Of a DNA stretch of 64,000 nt, positions 27,946 to 39,024 are shown piece by piece. Source of the DNA: an uncultured delta proteobacterium (GTDB taxonomy: Bacteria > Desulfobacterota > Binatia > JACPRU01); contig CAVUWD010000008.1 in the NCBI GenBank assembly GCA_963745025.1, positions 220,854 through 284,853 of the forward strand, given 5' to 3'. Each line of letters opens with the position of its first letter. The stretch's first letter is position 1. The position numbers and the translations under genes are program-made. The notes beneath the pieces are model-generated. The model ran no database searches. It was not told the DNA's origin and was given only the letters and a program-made list of their open reading frames with translations.

Positions 27946-29269
27946 GTGCCCGCGCCAATCGTGACCGCGGAGGCGACAGCCGATCTCGGACACCTCTTGC
28001 CGGTGGCGTCGATGCTGCCGTTCGCGCTGATGCTGCTCGGCATCGCCGTGATCCCGCTCCGCTGGCCGCATTTCTGGGAAAGCCACCGGAACAAGGCGGT
28101 CTTCGGCGCCGTCCTCGGGCTTCCGGTGGTTCTCTACGTCGCGAGCTTCGATGTGACGGTCGTTGCGCACACGGCGCGCGAGTACGTCTCCTTCATCGTG
28201 TTCCTCGGCGCGCTGTTCGTGATCTCGGGAGGCATCGTGTTGCGCGGAGACATCCGCGCCACGCCGGAGGTGAACACCGGCTTTCTCGCCGTCGGGGCGC
28301 TGCTCGCCAACTTCGTGGGCACGACGGGCGCCAGCATGCTCCTCATCCGCCCGATGCTTCGCACCAACTCTCCCGAACGGAAGCACATCGCGCACATCCC
28401 GATCTTCTTCATCTTCATCGTGTCGAACTGCGCGGGCCTCCTCACCCCGCTCGGCGATCCTCCGCTCTTCCTCGGATATCTCCGCGGCGTGCCGTTCTTC
28501 TGGACGATGCGGCTACTGTTCGAGTGGCTCTTCGTCGTCGTCACGCTGCTCGCCGTCTTCTACGTCGTCGATCGATTCGCCATCGCTCGCGAAGACGTCG
28601 CCTCCCGCGTGGAGGACGAGCGCGAGTACGAGCCGATCCGCATCGTCGGCGGCCACAACTTTCTCTATCTCTTCGGCGTCGTCGCAGCCGTTCTCTTCAG
28701 CCCCTCGCTGCCCGAAGGCTGGATCCGCGAGGGCGTGCGACTCGGCGCGATGGTGCTGATGGTGGCGATATCGCTCCGGACGACCCCCGCCGAGCTTCGC
28801 GAAGAGAACGGCTTCAGCTTCGGCCCGATCCAGGAGGTGGCGGTGCTGTTCGCCGGCATCTTCGCCACGATGATCCCGGCGCTCGAGATCCTGCGGGCGC
28901 GGGGCGGCGAGCTCGGCGTGAGCGAGCCCTGGCATTTCTACTGGCTCTCGGGCGCGCTCTCGTCGTTCCTCGACAATGCGCCGACCTATCTCACCTTCGT
29001 CTCGCTCGCCCAGGGACTCCACGCGAGCCGGCCAGGCCGCGGTCTACATGACGGGCGGGCCCGTGTCGGAAACGCTCCTCGCCGCGATCTCCTGCGGGTC
29101 GGTGATGATGGGGGCCAACAGCTACATCGGCAACGGCCCGAACTTCATGGTCAAGGCGATCGCGGAGGAGCAGGGCGTCGAGATGCCGAGCTTCTTCGGC
29201 TACATGCTCTGGTCGTGCGGGATCCTGCTGCCGCTCTTCGGGGTGGTGACGCTGGTCTTCTTCCGCTAG
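27946..29269 (+). CDS. Putative sodium:proton antiporter (ion-transporter superfamily), frameshift near 29030
   Basis: [68 protein letters not shown]...MPSFFGY. Confidence 0.88.
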
Positions 29270-29620
29270 TGAGTCGTCCCCGACAACGACGCGATGCGCA
29301 TTCGATCGCCTCCGCGTTGAACTGCCCCGACGTCCGAAACCTCGAACGCGCTGCACGACAATCGAATGCAACAACGACAACGCTACAGCGCAGATCCAGA
29401 CGGGGATAATTACCCGTGGCCCCTCCACCTCGACGGAGCAGAGCGAGTTCGCGGCGAGCTGCGTAGGCTGCTTACCGAGCGCGTTCTGTCACCTCTCCTG
29501 CTGGTGGCCAGGCCGGTCGTTCCATATGGCCTAACCTCCATTTGCCCGCTCCGAGCTCTTTCGACAGAATCGGCACCCGTGGGCCAGATACGCGTGCCAA
29601 TCGAAGTAGCTACAGGCGAA

Positions 29621-29731
29621 GTGCCCTTCGCCTTTCGTTCGACCGGCGGCAAGCCGTGGCTCGAGATCGACGACCGCGAAAAACTCGAGCGCGAGCGCTG
29701 TGAGGTGCTGCCGCGCCTTGGCAGCGCGTGA
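29621..29731 (+). pseudogene. 3' remnant of a choline/sugar-phosphate cytidylyltransferase-like gene
   Basis: [26 protein letters not shown] resembles the PWIEIDxxEDLxxAxxEVLPR tail; stop overlaps the GTG of the GT2 gene. Confidence 0.45.
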
Positions 29732-29739
29732 CCGGCGCG

Positions 29740-31132
29740 ATGCGCCTCTCCGTCGTCATCCCGGTCTACAACGAGCGCCCGACGATCGAGGAATGCCTGA
29801 AGCGCGTCCAAGCCGTCGCCATCGACAAAGAAGTCCTCATCATCGATGACGCGTCGACGGACGGCACCCGCGAAGCGCTCGCCGCGCTGCCGCCGGATCC
29901 GAACGTGCGGATTTTCTTTCAACCGGAAAACCGCGGCAAGGGAGCGGCGGTCCGCCGTGGCTTCACAGAAGCCGCCGGCGACGTCGTGGTCGTTCAAGAC
30001 GCGGACCTCGAGTACGATCCGCAGGACTACCACAAGCTGCTCGAACCGATCCTCTCCGGCCGGGCCGACGTGGTCTACGGCTCGCGCTTCCTCGGCTGGC
30101 CGCGACGCGTGCTGCGGTTCCGCCACCAGCTCGCCAACCGTTTTCTCACGTTGCTCTCCAATCTGGTGACCGACTTGAACCTTACCGACATGGAGACCTG
30201 CTACAAGATGATGACCCGCGAGGTCGCGAACAGCTTGCGACTGCGTTCGGACCGCTTCGGCATTGAACCGGAAATCACCGCGAAGATCGCACGCCTCGGC
30301 TATCGGGTCTACGAGGTGCCGGTCTCGTATCACGGCCGCGACTACTGGGAAGGGAAGAAGATTTCCTGGAAGGACGGCGTTGCCGCCGTTTGGACGATCT
30401 TTCGCTACGCGTTCGTGGACGACGAGGAGAACGAGCGCGCCGGCTACCGCATCCTGCAGCGAATGCAGAAGGTGTCGCGCTACAACCGTTGGATGTGGGA
30501 AGAGCTCGAGCCTCACGTGGGAAACCGCGTGCTCGAGGTTGGCGCCGGCGTCGGCAACATGACTCGCTTTCTGCTCGGCCGCGAGCGCGTGGTGGCGACC
30601 GAGCTCGAAGCCAAGTACCTGAGCATTCTCCACCATCTCTTCGATCGCTATGCGCACGTGACGATCGCACGCTTCGACCTGAACGGCGCTCCGCGCCGCC
30701 GCCTCGGAGGCTGTCGACACTGTGGTCTGCCTGAACGTGCTCGAGCACATCGAGGACGACGCGCGCGTGCTCGGGAGGTTCTTCGACTTGCTCGAGCCGG
30801 GGGGCCGGCTCATCCTTCTCGTACCGGCTCTGCGTGCGCTCTACGGCTCGCTCGACCGCGCGCTCGACCATTTCCGCCGCTACGAGCGGTCCGAGCTCGT
30901 CGATAAGCTCCGCCGCGCCGGCTTCGAAGTCGAAGCGAGCTGGTTCTTCAACCTGCTCGGCGTCGCCGGCTGGTACGTGAACAGTCGCATCCTCAAGCGG
31001 ACGACCTTCCCACCGGTCCAGCTGACGCTCTACGATCGTCTCGTGCCGCTCTTTCGTCTCGAGAGCCGCTGGCGATTGCCGATCGGCATGTCGCTGATCG
31101 CCGTGGCGCGAAAGCCCACGCCGGCGGCATAG
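29740..31132 (+). CDS. GT2 (polyprenol-phosphate glycosyltransferase-like) fused to class I SAM methyltransferase, frameshift near 30690
   Basis: [49 protein letters not shown]; [27 protein letters not shown]. Confidence 0.92.
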
Positions 31133-31135
31133 GTC

Positions 31136-31319
31136 CGGGTCGTGATGATGGGCCAACAGCTACATCGGCGACGGTCCGGAACTTCATGGTCAAGGCGATC
31201 GCGGAAGAGCAGAGCCTCGAGATGCCAAGCTTCTTCGGCTACATGGTTTGGTCGTGCGGGATTCTGCTGCCGCGCTTCGGGCTCGTCACGCTGGACTTTT
31301 TCCGCCGGTGATTCGTCCC
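31136..31319 (+). repeat. Decayed direct copy of the antiporter 3' end (source 29095-29280)
   Basis: gtgatgatggg..ccaacagctacatcggc...ttcatggtcaaggcgatcgcgga...agcttcttcggctacatg...gtga.tcgtccc; substitutions and indels break the frame. Confidence 0.92.
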
Positions 31320-31430
31320 TCAGAGAACGATACGGTACGTCGCTGCGCCCGAGTCGCAGCTCATGACCCGTCGTCAATGTTACACTATGGCATTGCAATG
31401 AACATTGGCAGTCCGAGCAATTGATCCGCA

Positions 31431-33716
31431 ATGCCGATGATGACGTCACCGCTAGACTCTTCCGAAAGCCTGAAGAACGTCCAGCCGGGCAGTCTTAACA
31501 GTCGCGCTAGCGAAGAAACATCGCCGGCTCGCTCACGATTGCCGGCGGCGCTCTACACGGTCGAGCTCACGCTCCTCCTCTCAGCGGCCTCCGTTCTCGC
31601 GGCTCGAGACGATCGGTTTGGCCGCACGGCACTGCCCTTCCTGACGCCGGTGATTCTGGCGTTGGAGCCCTTCGGGGCCGAGCTCGTACGCAGTGCGCAT
31701 ACGGTCGTCCCGGTGGCCGGTCTCTCGCTTTCCGTCGTACTCGCCATCGTCGCGATCGCGTCGCTCGCTGGCCGCGGGAGTGAGCCCCGGGTAATAACCC
31801 TCGCGGGCGCCGCTGCCGTGACGGCCGGCGAGATCGCATTGGTCGAATCCTGGGTAGCCCCAGGGGTGATTCTTCTTTGTGTCTCTTTGGCCGTGCTCAC
31901 GTTATTCTGGTTCTCTCGCTTGCAGAGCGAAAGACACTCCGCCGCGCTGGGGGCCCGAGAGGATGCCGGATTTTCGTGGTACGATTTCTTCAGTCTCTCC
32001 CTAGTTACCGTCATTGCCATAGTTTTCAGATTCTATGCACTGAATCGCGTATTCAATAGTTTCGAAGGCGAGCTCTCGCCCTATATGGCGGGTGCCACGA
32101 GCCTGCGCGGGATGCTGCACGCCAATGTTGGGGGGGAAGGCGGCCCGTGGGCGCCGCTCGGCTACTTTTACTATTTACCGATATTCGTCACGAGCAGACT
32201 CTTCGGTACGACGGTACTCGCGATCCGGCTCGCCTCGGCGATCGTCAGCACTCTAACCGTGCCGCTCGTGTATGGCCTGCTCAGACGATTGTCGGGAAGC
32301 ACGGCCGCTCTCATTGGGGCCTTCTTCATCGCCTTAGACCCGTTGCAAGTCGGGTGGGGCCGCAGCGACATTCACCCTCACGGATCCACGGTATGGATCG
32401 CAATTCTCCTGGTGTGGGCATGCGTGAATGCCGCGGAATACGGACGTTACTGCGACTTCTTCGCGGTCGCTTTGCTGATGGGGCTCGCTTGCCATCAATA
32501 TCCCTCCGGCCAGGTGGCCGTATTGATTCCTCCGGCGTTCTTTCTATGGAACCTCGTGTGGCGAAGCGAAGGGGATTCGTTCGTGAGTGGTCGTGCGGCG
32601 GTCGCCCTGGTCGTCGGCCTCGCCTTGTGGACGCTCGGGTTTCGGTTGCAGTATTTCCTCGCCTACGGCCGCTCGCGTTTCCCAGACCTGCTCACCATCT
32701 TTGGTGCGCGCACGAGCTGGGCGGCGTCAGGCGGGAGTGATGCCTCCTGGCATCGGTTCGTAGCGATCGGCGATCGTCTGGTTGCCAACGCTAGAGACTT
32801 GGTCTGGGGCGTGTTCACGCAAGTGCCATACTTGTTTCACCAGGAATGGATCCCCGAATTTCCAAATCTCTCGACGCGCAGCGTGTTCTGGATCGCCGCC
32901 GCCATGGCCTGGCTCGGCGCTCTCCGGCTGGTTCGGTGTCCGAGAGACAAGCGCGCCGCCGTGCTGCTGCTATGGGCTGTCTGCGGCTCACTGCCCGCGG
33001 TCCTTTCCGCGCAGGCGTATGCAAAGCGTGCGGCGATCATGTACCCTGCGATCTATGCCCTGGCGGCGATGACTCTCGCGTTCGTTCGGAAGGAGATTGC
33101 GACCACGCGGGCGCGAAGCCTGGCGATCTCCGCCGTCGAAGGATCTGCGGCGATTTTAGTGATCACCGCTTCGCTCTTTCAATGGTTCTCCGGGACGTAT
33201 TATCCCTACGGCGAGCCCCGCGAAGTTACCGTCGCGCAGAAGGTAGAAGACCTCCTGAAGCCGGGCACGATCGTCATCAGTGACTTCACGGAGGATTACC
33301 AGAGGGGAAAGCTCACCTATCTCCTCCTCGATGCGCTCAAAAGCGAGCGTGTACGCCCGGTCGCCTGGTACGTTTTAAACGAGGGGCTACTTTCCTTCGC
33401 ATCCGTGCTCGACGATCCGAGACGAGCCATCCACGCCCTCCGCAGAACACACTGGTACAATTGGACCGACCTCTGGGACCAGCTTCCCGAGACGGAAGCC
33501 TACACGAAATGGTCGAGGGTGCTTTTCCTGTTCCAGGGAAGCAGCTGGGATCCAGCGAGCCGCCCCATGGAACAACATCGTCAGCGCGTGCTCGACCGGT
33601 GCTCCGGCGGGGGAGCGGAGACTCTCGACGCCGCCTATCCGTCGCCTCAGTTTTACGCGATCGAATGCGATCTCGGGTCGTTGACCGCGGGAAGCCGCCC
33701 GAAGCTCGGAACGTGA
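31431..33716 (+). CDS. Polytopic GT-C (PMT/ArnT-like) glycosyltransferase
   Basis: Many TM segments; FRFYAL, RLFGTTVLAIRLASA..STLTVPLVYGLLRRL, FIALDP; soluble C-terminal domain. Confidence 0.8.
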   Translation: MPMMTSPLDSSESLKNVQPGSLNSRASEETSPARSRLPAALYTVELTLLLSAASVLAARDDRFGRTALPFLTPVILALEPFGAELVRSAHTVVPVAGLSLSVVLAIVAIASLAGRGSEPRVITLAGAAAVTAGEIALVESWVAPGVILLCVSLAVLTLFWFSRLQSERHSAALGAREDAGFSWYDFFSLSLVTVIAIVFRFYALNRVFNSFEGELSPYMAGATSLRGMLHANVGGEGGPWAPLGYFYYLPIFVTSRLFGTTVLAIRLASAIVSTLTVPLVYGLLRRLSGSTAALIGAFFIALDPLQVGWGRSDIHPHGSTVWIAILLVWACVNAAEYGRYCDFFAVALLMGLACHQYPSGQVAVLIPPAFFLWNLVWRSEGDSFVSGRAAVALVVGLALWTLGFRLQYFLAYGRSRFPDLLTIFGARTSWAASGGSDASWHRFVAIGDRLVANARDLVWGVFTQVPYLFHQEWIPEFPNLSTRSVFWIAAAMAWLGALRLVRCPRDKRAAVLLLWAVCGSLPAVLSAQAYAKRAAIMYPAIYALAAMTLAFVRKEIATTRARSLAISAVEGSAAILVITASLFQWFSGTYYPYGEPREVTVAQKVEDLLKPGTIVISDFTEDYQRGKLTYLLLDALKSERVRPVAWYVLNEGLLSFASVLDDPRRAIHALRRTHWYNWTDLWDQLPETEAYTKWSRVLFLFQGSSWDPASRPMEQHRQRVLDRCSGGGAETLDAAYPSPQFYAIECDLGSLTAGSRPKLGT

Positions 33717-33839
33717 TGACTTGGTGTGGCGTACAAGGGCGATCGCTGGTCTTGAGCTCGCCGTCGGGAACGCCACTTCTCTGCAAGTTGTTGGTTCGGT
33801 CTCTCGTGCCCTGCGGCGCCGCTGTCTTCACACCAGTGG

Positions 33840-35726
33840 CTACTTGGTAGTCCACAGCTCATGATTAGCGGCACTCAAAAGCATGAACTTCCAGCCGGCT
33901 GCATCCAGCCAGCCCTTCAGCTCCTCAATCGTGATCACAGAACATGGTCGCCCTAACCTACTTTCAAAGCCAGGTCCTGGGGTAACCTTCGGCTCATTTA
34001 CTGAAAACATAAACCACGGCGACTTTTGCTTTAGTTCTTGGAACAGCTTTATCCAATCTCCATCGAGCGGACAACTCACGTACTCGAATCGAGTCTGAGC
34101 CAAGCGCCCCGCTACAAAAGCGTCAGTTGACAACGACCTTGGGAGGAGAAAAAGAGTCCTCTCTTTGACAAGGGCTGCTACATCACCATACGGTTCAATT
34201 GTTGCACTATAGTGCGGTATAAGCGCCAGCTGCCCCCTTCCCTTTATATATTCATGATCTACCCATAACGAGCACAGTACAACCAAAGAGACGACTAAAG
34301 GCATCGTCTGCGCCCGAGCTCCCCATAGGAGGGCAAATGCAGCTAGGGGAACAATAGCAAACCGCGACCCCCCTACAGGATTGATTGCCAAAGGAGAGAA
34401 CTGAGCGAAGCAAAGCAAGGCGAAAAGGGCTGCAATGATTCGCCTATAGCCCCTCTTGACGCCGAGGATCAGCCAGGGAAGTGCAAGAAGAGGCACAATA
34501 CCTGCTCGGCTATGCTCTTGATCAAAATGCGGGAGGCACGCTAGCGGATGTGCAGGTAACAGCTCGCACAGCTTATCTACCCTTAGTGCATAATATAGCT
34601 TGTCCCGATACTGATCCGATAGGACACTCAGCGGCTCCGCGGCCCAGTCAATTAGGGTAAATGCCGTTGGTCGAAAGAGTTCGTAGTAACTCGCCCTCAA
34701 GGTAGAAAGCTGCAAGCCTTGCGTCCCACCAATAAAATCTCCAAACGCCTCATAGATGGGTAGAAGGGACAGAAGGACGAAAACGGCAGCGATAAACGCG
34801 CCCATGATACCGGCGCGAAGAATCCGAATATCAGCGATAATGGCTCTAAGGTGAGGAGCCGCCAGAGCTAGACCAAGCAAAATCGCAGGGAATGCTGCGT
34901 ACTGCTTCGTTGCCGCCCCTAGCCCTACCAACGCGCCAAACGTAAACACTCCTTCGGGAAGAGTCGGCGCAGTTCTAAAGAGCGCAACGGCGGCAACAAC
35001 AGGAAATGTGGCAGCTATGTCGGTGCTGACATCAGACAATCTAAGTCCGATCGCAGGGAAGGAGAGAAACGCAAGGGACGCGATGAGAGCGGAGCGACCG
35101 GTGAATCCAAAGCTCTTGCCAATGACAAACACGGCGGCTGCCGAACCGAGAGCGAACACTGCACTTGTCCAAGCCCCGCCAAGCCACCCGCAACCAAAAA
35201 ATACCAAGGGTAACAGCGTCGCAGCTCCACCATACGGGCTAGCAATCTGCTGCCATACCTGCGCTCTCCATGGCTTGAGGTTGCCGTGCCAACTCCACAG
35301 CAGCGCTCGGGGGATATGGTAATGGACACTATCAAAAAATACTGGGCCGATTGACCAGTCATGCACCACTTCATGATGAAGGTTTGAAAGAAGCAACGCG
35401 ACACCTGTCACTATAGGAATATCTATCCACATGGGCTTATATCGAATCAGTGTGCTGGCATGCGCCAGCGATGGAGCCCCGGCAATAGCCATCACGAGAA
35501 GCCCGCCAGATAACACCACCATCACAATGCGGTAATATAAAGGTGCCAAGAAACCAAGGTGACCAAGCGAGAGGGTAATGCTGAATAGCAAAACCTGGTA
35601 AATCGCTAGTCCGGCGACCACACACCACGGGAGGCCTCGCTTGGGCGCATGCCGCGTTAAACTCAGAATGCAGAGAAACGGGAGAGCAACGTGAAGAAGA
35701 GAAAAGAGAAAACAGGACGCTCCCAC
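33840..35726 (-). CDS. Polytopic membrane protein, probable GT-C; visibly lower GC
   Basis: FDSVHYHIPRALLW loop, LVGLGAATKQ, RFAIVP; many TMs; many A/T-ending codons; 5' end possibly truncated. Confidence 0.72.
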   Translation of the reverse strand: MGASCFLFSLLHVALPFLCILSLTRHAPKRGLPWCVVAGLAIYQVLLFSITLSLGHLGFLAPLYYRIVMVVLSGGLLVMAIAGAPSLAHASTLIRYKPMWIDIPIVTGVALLLSNLHHEVVHDWSIGPVFFDSVHYHIPRALLWSWHGNLKPWRAQVWQQIASPYGGAATLLPLVFFGCGWLGGAWTSAVFALGSAAAVFVIGKSFGFTGRSALIASLAFLSFPAIGLRLSDVSTDIAATFPVVAAVALFRTAPTLPEGVFTFGALVGLGAATKQYAAFPAILLGLALAAPHLRAIIADIRILRAGIMGAFIAAVFVLLSLLPIYEAFGDFIGGTQGLQLSTLRASYYELFRPTAFTLIDWAAEPLSVLSDQYRDKLYYALRVDKLCELLPAHPLACLPHFDQEHSRAGIVPLLALPWLILGVKRGYRRIIAALFALLCFAQFSPLAINPVGGSRFAIVPLAAFALLWGARAQTMPLVVSLVVLCSLWVDHEYIKGRGQLALIPHYSATIEPYGDVAALVKERTLFLLPRSLSTDAFVAGRLAQTRFEYVSCPLDGDWIKLFQELKQKSPWFMFSVNEPKVTPGPGFESRLGRPCSVITIEELKGWLDAAGWKFMLLSAANHELWTTK

Positions 35727-36078
35727 GAAATAAAGAATATACTAGTGGGTTGATCTTTGAAAAGCTTAGGACGTTTTGTGGGGCGCCTCTGGACCTCTCA
35801 CGCTGCTCTCGCCCAGGCCCACTGGTCAGCGACTTGGCGATGGTGACGGCGGCATCCTGCCGCAGCTCTACGACCCGCTACTGGCGGTCCTCGCTTCACG
35901 ACGGGCCGCGGTGTACCAGCTCCCCGCTCGAAGTGGTGTTCGGGTTGTTCTCGTCGCGACCCGTTTACCTGATCGGAGGAGCGGATCCGGGCAAGGCTGG
36001 ATACGATCGACCGATCATGCTGGTCACGATCCGCCCATCTTCGCGCTCACCATCGGCGGAAACACCCAGCTACCCCAG

Positions 36079-37578
36079 CTACGACCCGTCGACCCAGACG
36101 AGTATCGGCCCCCCGCCTTGCCCGTTTGGATAGGCGACTGGCTCCATCCGCAGCGGCACATGTGCCCGCTCCAACGCCTGCAGCACGGGCTCGTGCACCG
36201 GCAGGTAGACGACCCAATTGCGATGCTCGGCCACGCAGCGCGACAGGTCAGCGTCGCTTGCTGCGGTGAATGTGGCGCGCGGCGCGCTCCACCAGCGGAG
36301 CACCGATTCGTCAAAGGACCGCGGGCCACGCCACATGCACCAGCGACTGTCGGGCGGCGTGCGTGCCATCACGTGCCCGAGCCAGGTGAGCTGATCGACG
36401 GCCGTGTTGCCCCAGTGCCAGTAGTCCCGGACGTTCTGAGCGCCGACCCACACGACCACCGCCAGCGCCATTGGCGCCAGCGTCCCCACCAGCGGCGCAG
36501 GCCGTTGCTCCGTGATCGTTGTGAAACCAGTGGCCACCAGGAGCGCTACCGCCGGAAAGAGCGGGCACAGATGGAAGTACATGGGCGGGTCTTTGCACAC
36601 CACGCTTCCCAAGACGTGCGTGGTCAGCGCCCACACCAGCGGTAGCGCGGCCCAGCCCCGCCGCCAACGCCAGAGTCCGGCACCCACTCCGATCACCGCA
36701 AAGGGCTGCAACACCAGGGGCAAAAAGGGCCGCGGCCCATCCCAGAAGAGCGAGGACGTGCTCCACAGATGCGCCCGCATCATCGCGCGCCAATCGGACA
36801 CCCTGTACATCTCCAGCATGTGCTCGTATACGCCGGGCCGCCAAACCAGGATAGCGTCGAGTCGACTCGCGAGAATCGCCGGATGGAACCACCCGTAGAG
36901 CAGGTAGGGCAGACACCACACCACCGTGAGCGCGCCAACGATGGCCAAGGTGCGACGCAGTGGCGGCCGGAGGACTGCAATCAGACCGAGAACGGGGACA
37001 ATCACCCGTCCCGAGAAGTACAGGTGCAGGCATACGGCGGTCGTGAAGGACGCCAGGATCGCCTGCCACCACCGCCGGTCGCGCTCGAAACGCACGCAGA
37101 GCCAGAGGGCGGCGATGAGCCATGGCACCGGATCGGCGAACGTGACGACCCGGGAGTACTGAATCGCCAGGAAGTCGCCCGCGAGGATGGCCGCGGCCAG
37201 CACGCCCGTCCACCAGCCGAACGCGTCTCGGCCCAGCAGATAGAGCAGCCAGACAGCGAGGGTGCCGCCGATGACATTGGACATGTTTGCTCCGAACGGC
37301 GTCTCGCCGAAGACGGCCATGCTGAGCGCCGGCGGGAAAAAACCGATCACGGTGATATTGCCGAAACCCGTCCAGAACCACTTGCCGTGTAAGAGCTGAG
37401 CGGCCTCCAGCGCCATAGTCGCGAGATCGCCGGACGACGGTGGACAGTACAGGGGCACGTGCGGCACGCCCACGTACCGGACGGCAAAGGCCAGCGCCAC
37501 GATGATCGCAACAAGCAGTGATCTTACTTTCGTGAGAAGCCGCATGCGAAGTACACCAGCCCAGTACCGTCGCGCCAT
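36079..37578 (-). CDS. GT-C (PMT/ArnT-like) glycosyltransferase
   Basis: AVRYVG, VFGETPFG, GTLAVWLLYLLGRDAFG, AIQYSRV, HLYFSGR. Confidence 0.8.
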   Translation of the reverse strand: MARRYWAGVLRMRLLTKVRSLLVAIIVALAFAVRYVGVPHVPLYCPPSSGDLATMALEAAQLLHGKWFWTGFGNITVIGFFPPALSMAVFGETPFGANMSNVIGGTLAVWLLYLLGRDAFGWWTGVLAAAILAGDFLAIQYSRVVTFADPVPWLIAALWLCVRFERDRRWWQAILASFTTAVCLHLYFSGRVIVPVLGLIAVLRPPLRRTLAIVGALTVVWCLPYLLYGWFHPAILASRLDAILVWRPGVYEHMLEMYRVSDWRAMMRAHLWSTSSLFWDGPRPFLPLVLQPFAVIGVGAGLWRWRRGWAALPLVWALTTHVLGSVVCKDPPMYFHLCPLFPAVALLVATGFTTITEQRPAPLVGTLAPMALAVVVWVGAQNVRDYWHWGNTAVDQLTWLGHVMARTPPDSRWCMWRGPRSFDESVLRWWSAPRATFTAASDADLSRCVAEHRNWVVYLPVHEPVLQALERAHVPLRMEPVAYPNGQGGGPILVWVDGS

Positions 37579-37827
37579 CCTGCCTCCCCCGCGTACTCCA
37601 CACGGTCCTCCGCCGGCGATCCGCCATCATCGCGTCCGACACCGCGTGAATGCAAGGCGACGGTCTAGACTACACGGGCCGAAGCGGCGGGTGTTGTGGC
37701 GGAGCGGTCGCAGACGGCGTTGGGACCGTGCTTCCTCTGCGAACGCGCTTGTATGGACCAACCGACCCCTGGTACGGGTCGAGGCTAGCGACGACAAGCA
37801 GCGCGAAGCGAGGCGTGCGAGGGTCCA

Positions 37828-38976
37828 GTGCGGGGCGCAAGGATATCGTTGGTCTTGGGTTCGACGGCCGCCACACTCCTTTTCTGCGAGCTACTCGCCC
37901 GCTTTCTGCTGCCTCCGCAGCAGGTGGTCGAGATCCAGCGCAGTTCAGTGTCTCCCTCTCAAGCACCGAGGAGCTCGGTCGTCGAGGAAGATGGCCACAT
38001 CGACTCGGTCATCGACTGGAGCGGCCATTATGGGATCCGCCTACGACCGAACCTGTCGGTCACCATCAAGAATCATCTGCTCAGCCGCCAAGACGTGCGC
38101 ATCGAGACGAACTCGCTCGGCCTTCGTTCCCCCGAAGCGGAGGAACGAGAGCCCGGAGAATATCGCATCCTCGTGATGGGTGATTCGATCACGCTCGCGG
38201 ACTACATAGACGAGGAAGAGAGCTTCCCGCGGATCCTCGAGAAGCGTTTCGAGGCTTCCGGTCACTCTCGGGTTCGCGTGATCAATGCCGGATTGCCGGG
38301 AGCGAGCACGCGCGACGAGTATTATCACTACCTCGAGCTGAAAGACGCGGTGCGCCCCGACCTGGTCTTGCTCGCCATGTATCTGAACGATGCGAACGAC
38401 TCGGAGAAGTTCTATGCGCGTACGCTGCGCTGGCCGTATTCGAAGAGCCGGGTTTTGACTTGGCTCGTCAATCGACTGCAGATCTTCGAGAAGAGCTTCC
38501 TCTCGGAGGCGGTCGCTCCCGCCGGAATCAATCCGGGATGGAAGGAGGAGTTTCGCGCGGGGAGGAACCTTCGCTCCGGGAACATGTTTCACTCGAAGGA
38601 CGGGTTCGACTTCGAGATTTACAACGCGGCGATGGATTTCGGGCTGGCGTGGAATCCAAAGTCGTGGGAGATCCTCGGGAAGATGGTTGCCGTGTTTCGC
38701 GACGCCGTCGTTCAGAGTCAGAGCCGTTTTGCGATGGCCTTGCTCCCGGTGCATCTGCAGGTGCTCGGAACCGTCGACGACGTCTACCCGCAAGAGCAAT
38801 TCCTACACATGTGCCACAGGCTTGGGATCGATTGTCTCGACTTGCGACCCGTGCTTCGGCAGGCCGCCGCGCAAAAGGAGAAGCGGCTTTACTATGATCA
38901 CTGTCATATGACCGCGTTCGGTAACGCCGTGGTCGCAGGCGGGCTCGAGGAGTGGCTGGAGCCCGACTTGCCATGA
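37828..38976 (+). CDS. Membrane-anchored SGNH/GDSL hydrolase or acyltransferase
   Basis: N-terminal TM, TNSLGLR, GDSITL, VINAGLPG, YLND, DHCHMTAFGN. Confidence 0.88.
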   Translation: MRGARISLVLGSTAATLLFCELLARFLLPPQQVVEIQRSSVSPSQAPRSSVVEEDGHIDSVIDWSGHYGIRLRPNLSVTIKNHLLSRQDVRIETNSLGLRSPEAEEREPGEYRILVMGDSITLADYIDEEESFPRILEKRFEASGHSRVRVINAGLPGASTRDEYYHYLELKDAVRPDLVLLAMYLNDANDSEKFYARTLRWPYSKSRVLTWLVNRLQIFEKSFLSEAVAPAGINPGWKEEFRAGRNLRSGNMFHSKDGFDFEIYNAAMDFGLAWNPKSWEILGKMVAVFRDAVVQSQSRFAMALLPVHLQVLGTVDDVYPQEQFLHMCHRLGIDCLDLRPVLRQAAAQKEKRLYYDHCHMTAFGNAVVAGGLEEWLEPDLP

Positions 38977-39024
38977 GCGTCGAGGGCTCGACCTGCAGAG
39001 GTCCAATGCCGGTGTGGCCGGCGT

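Noticed and set aside
35750-36075. Possible transposase remnant (KAGYDRPIMLVT)
   Set aside because: Too short and vague to assign without a search.
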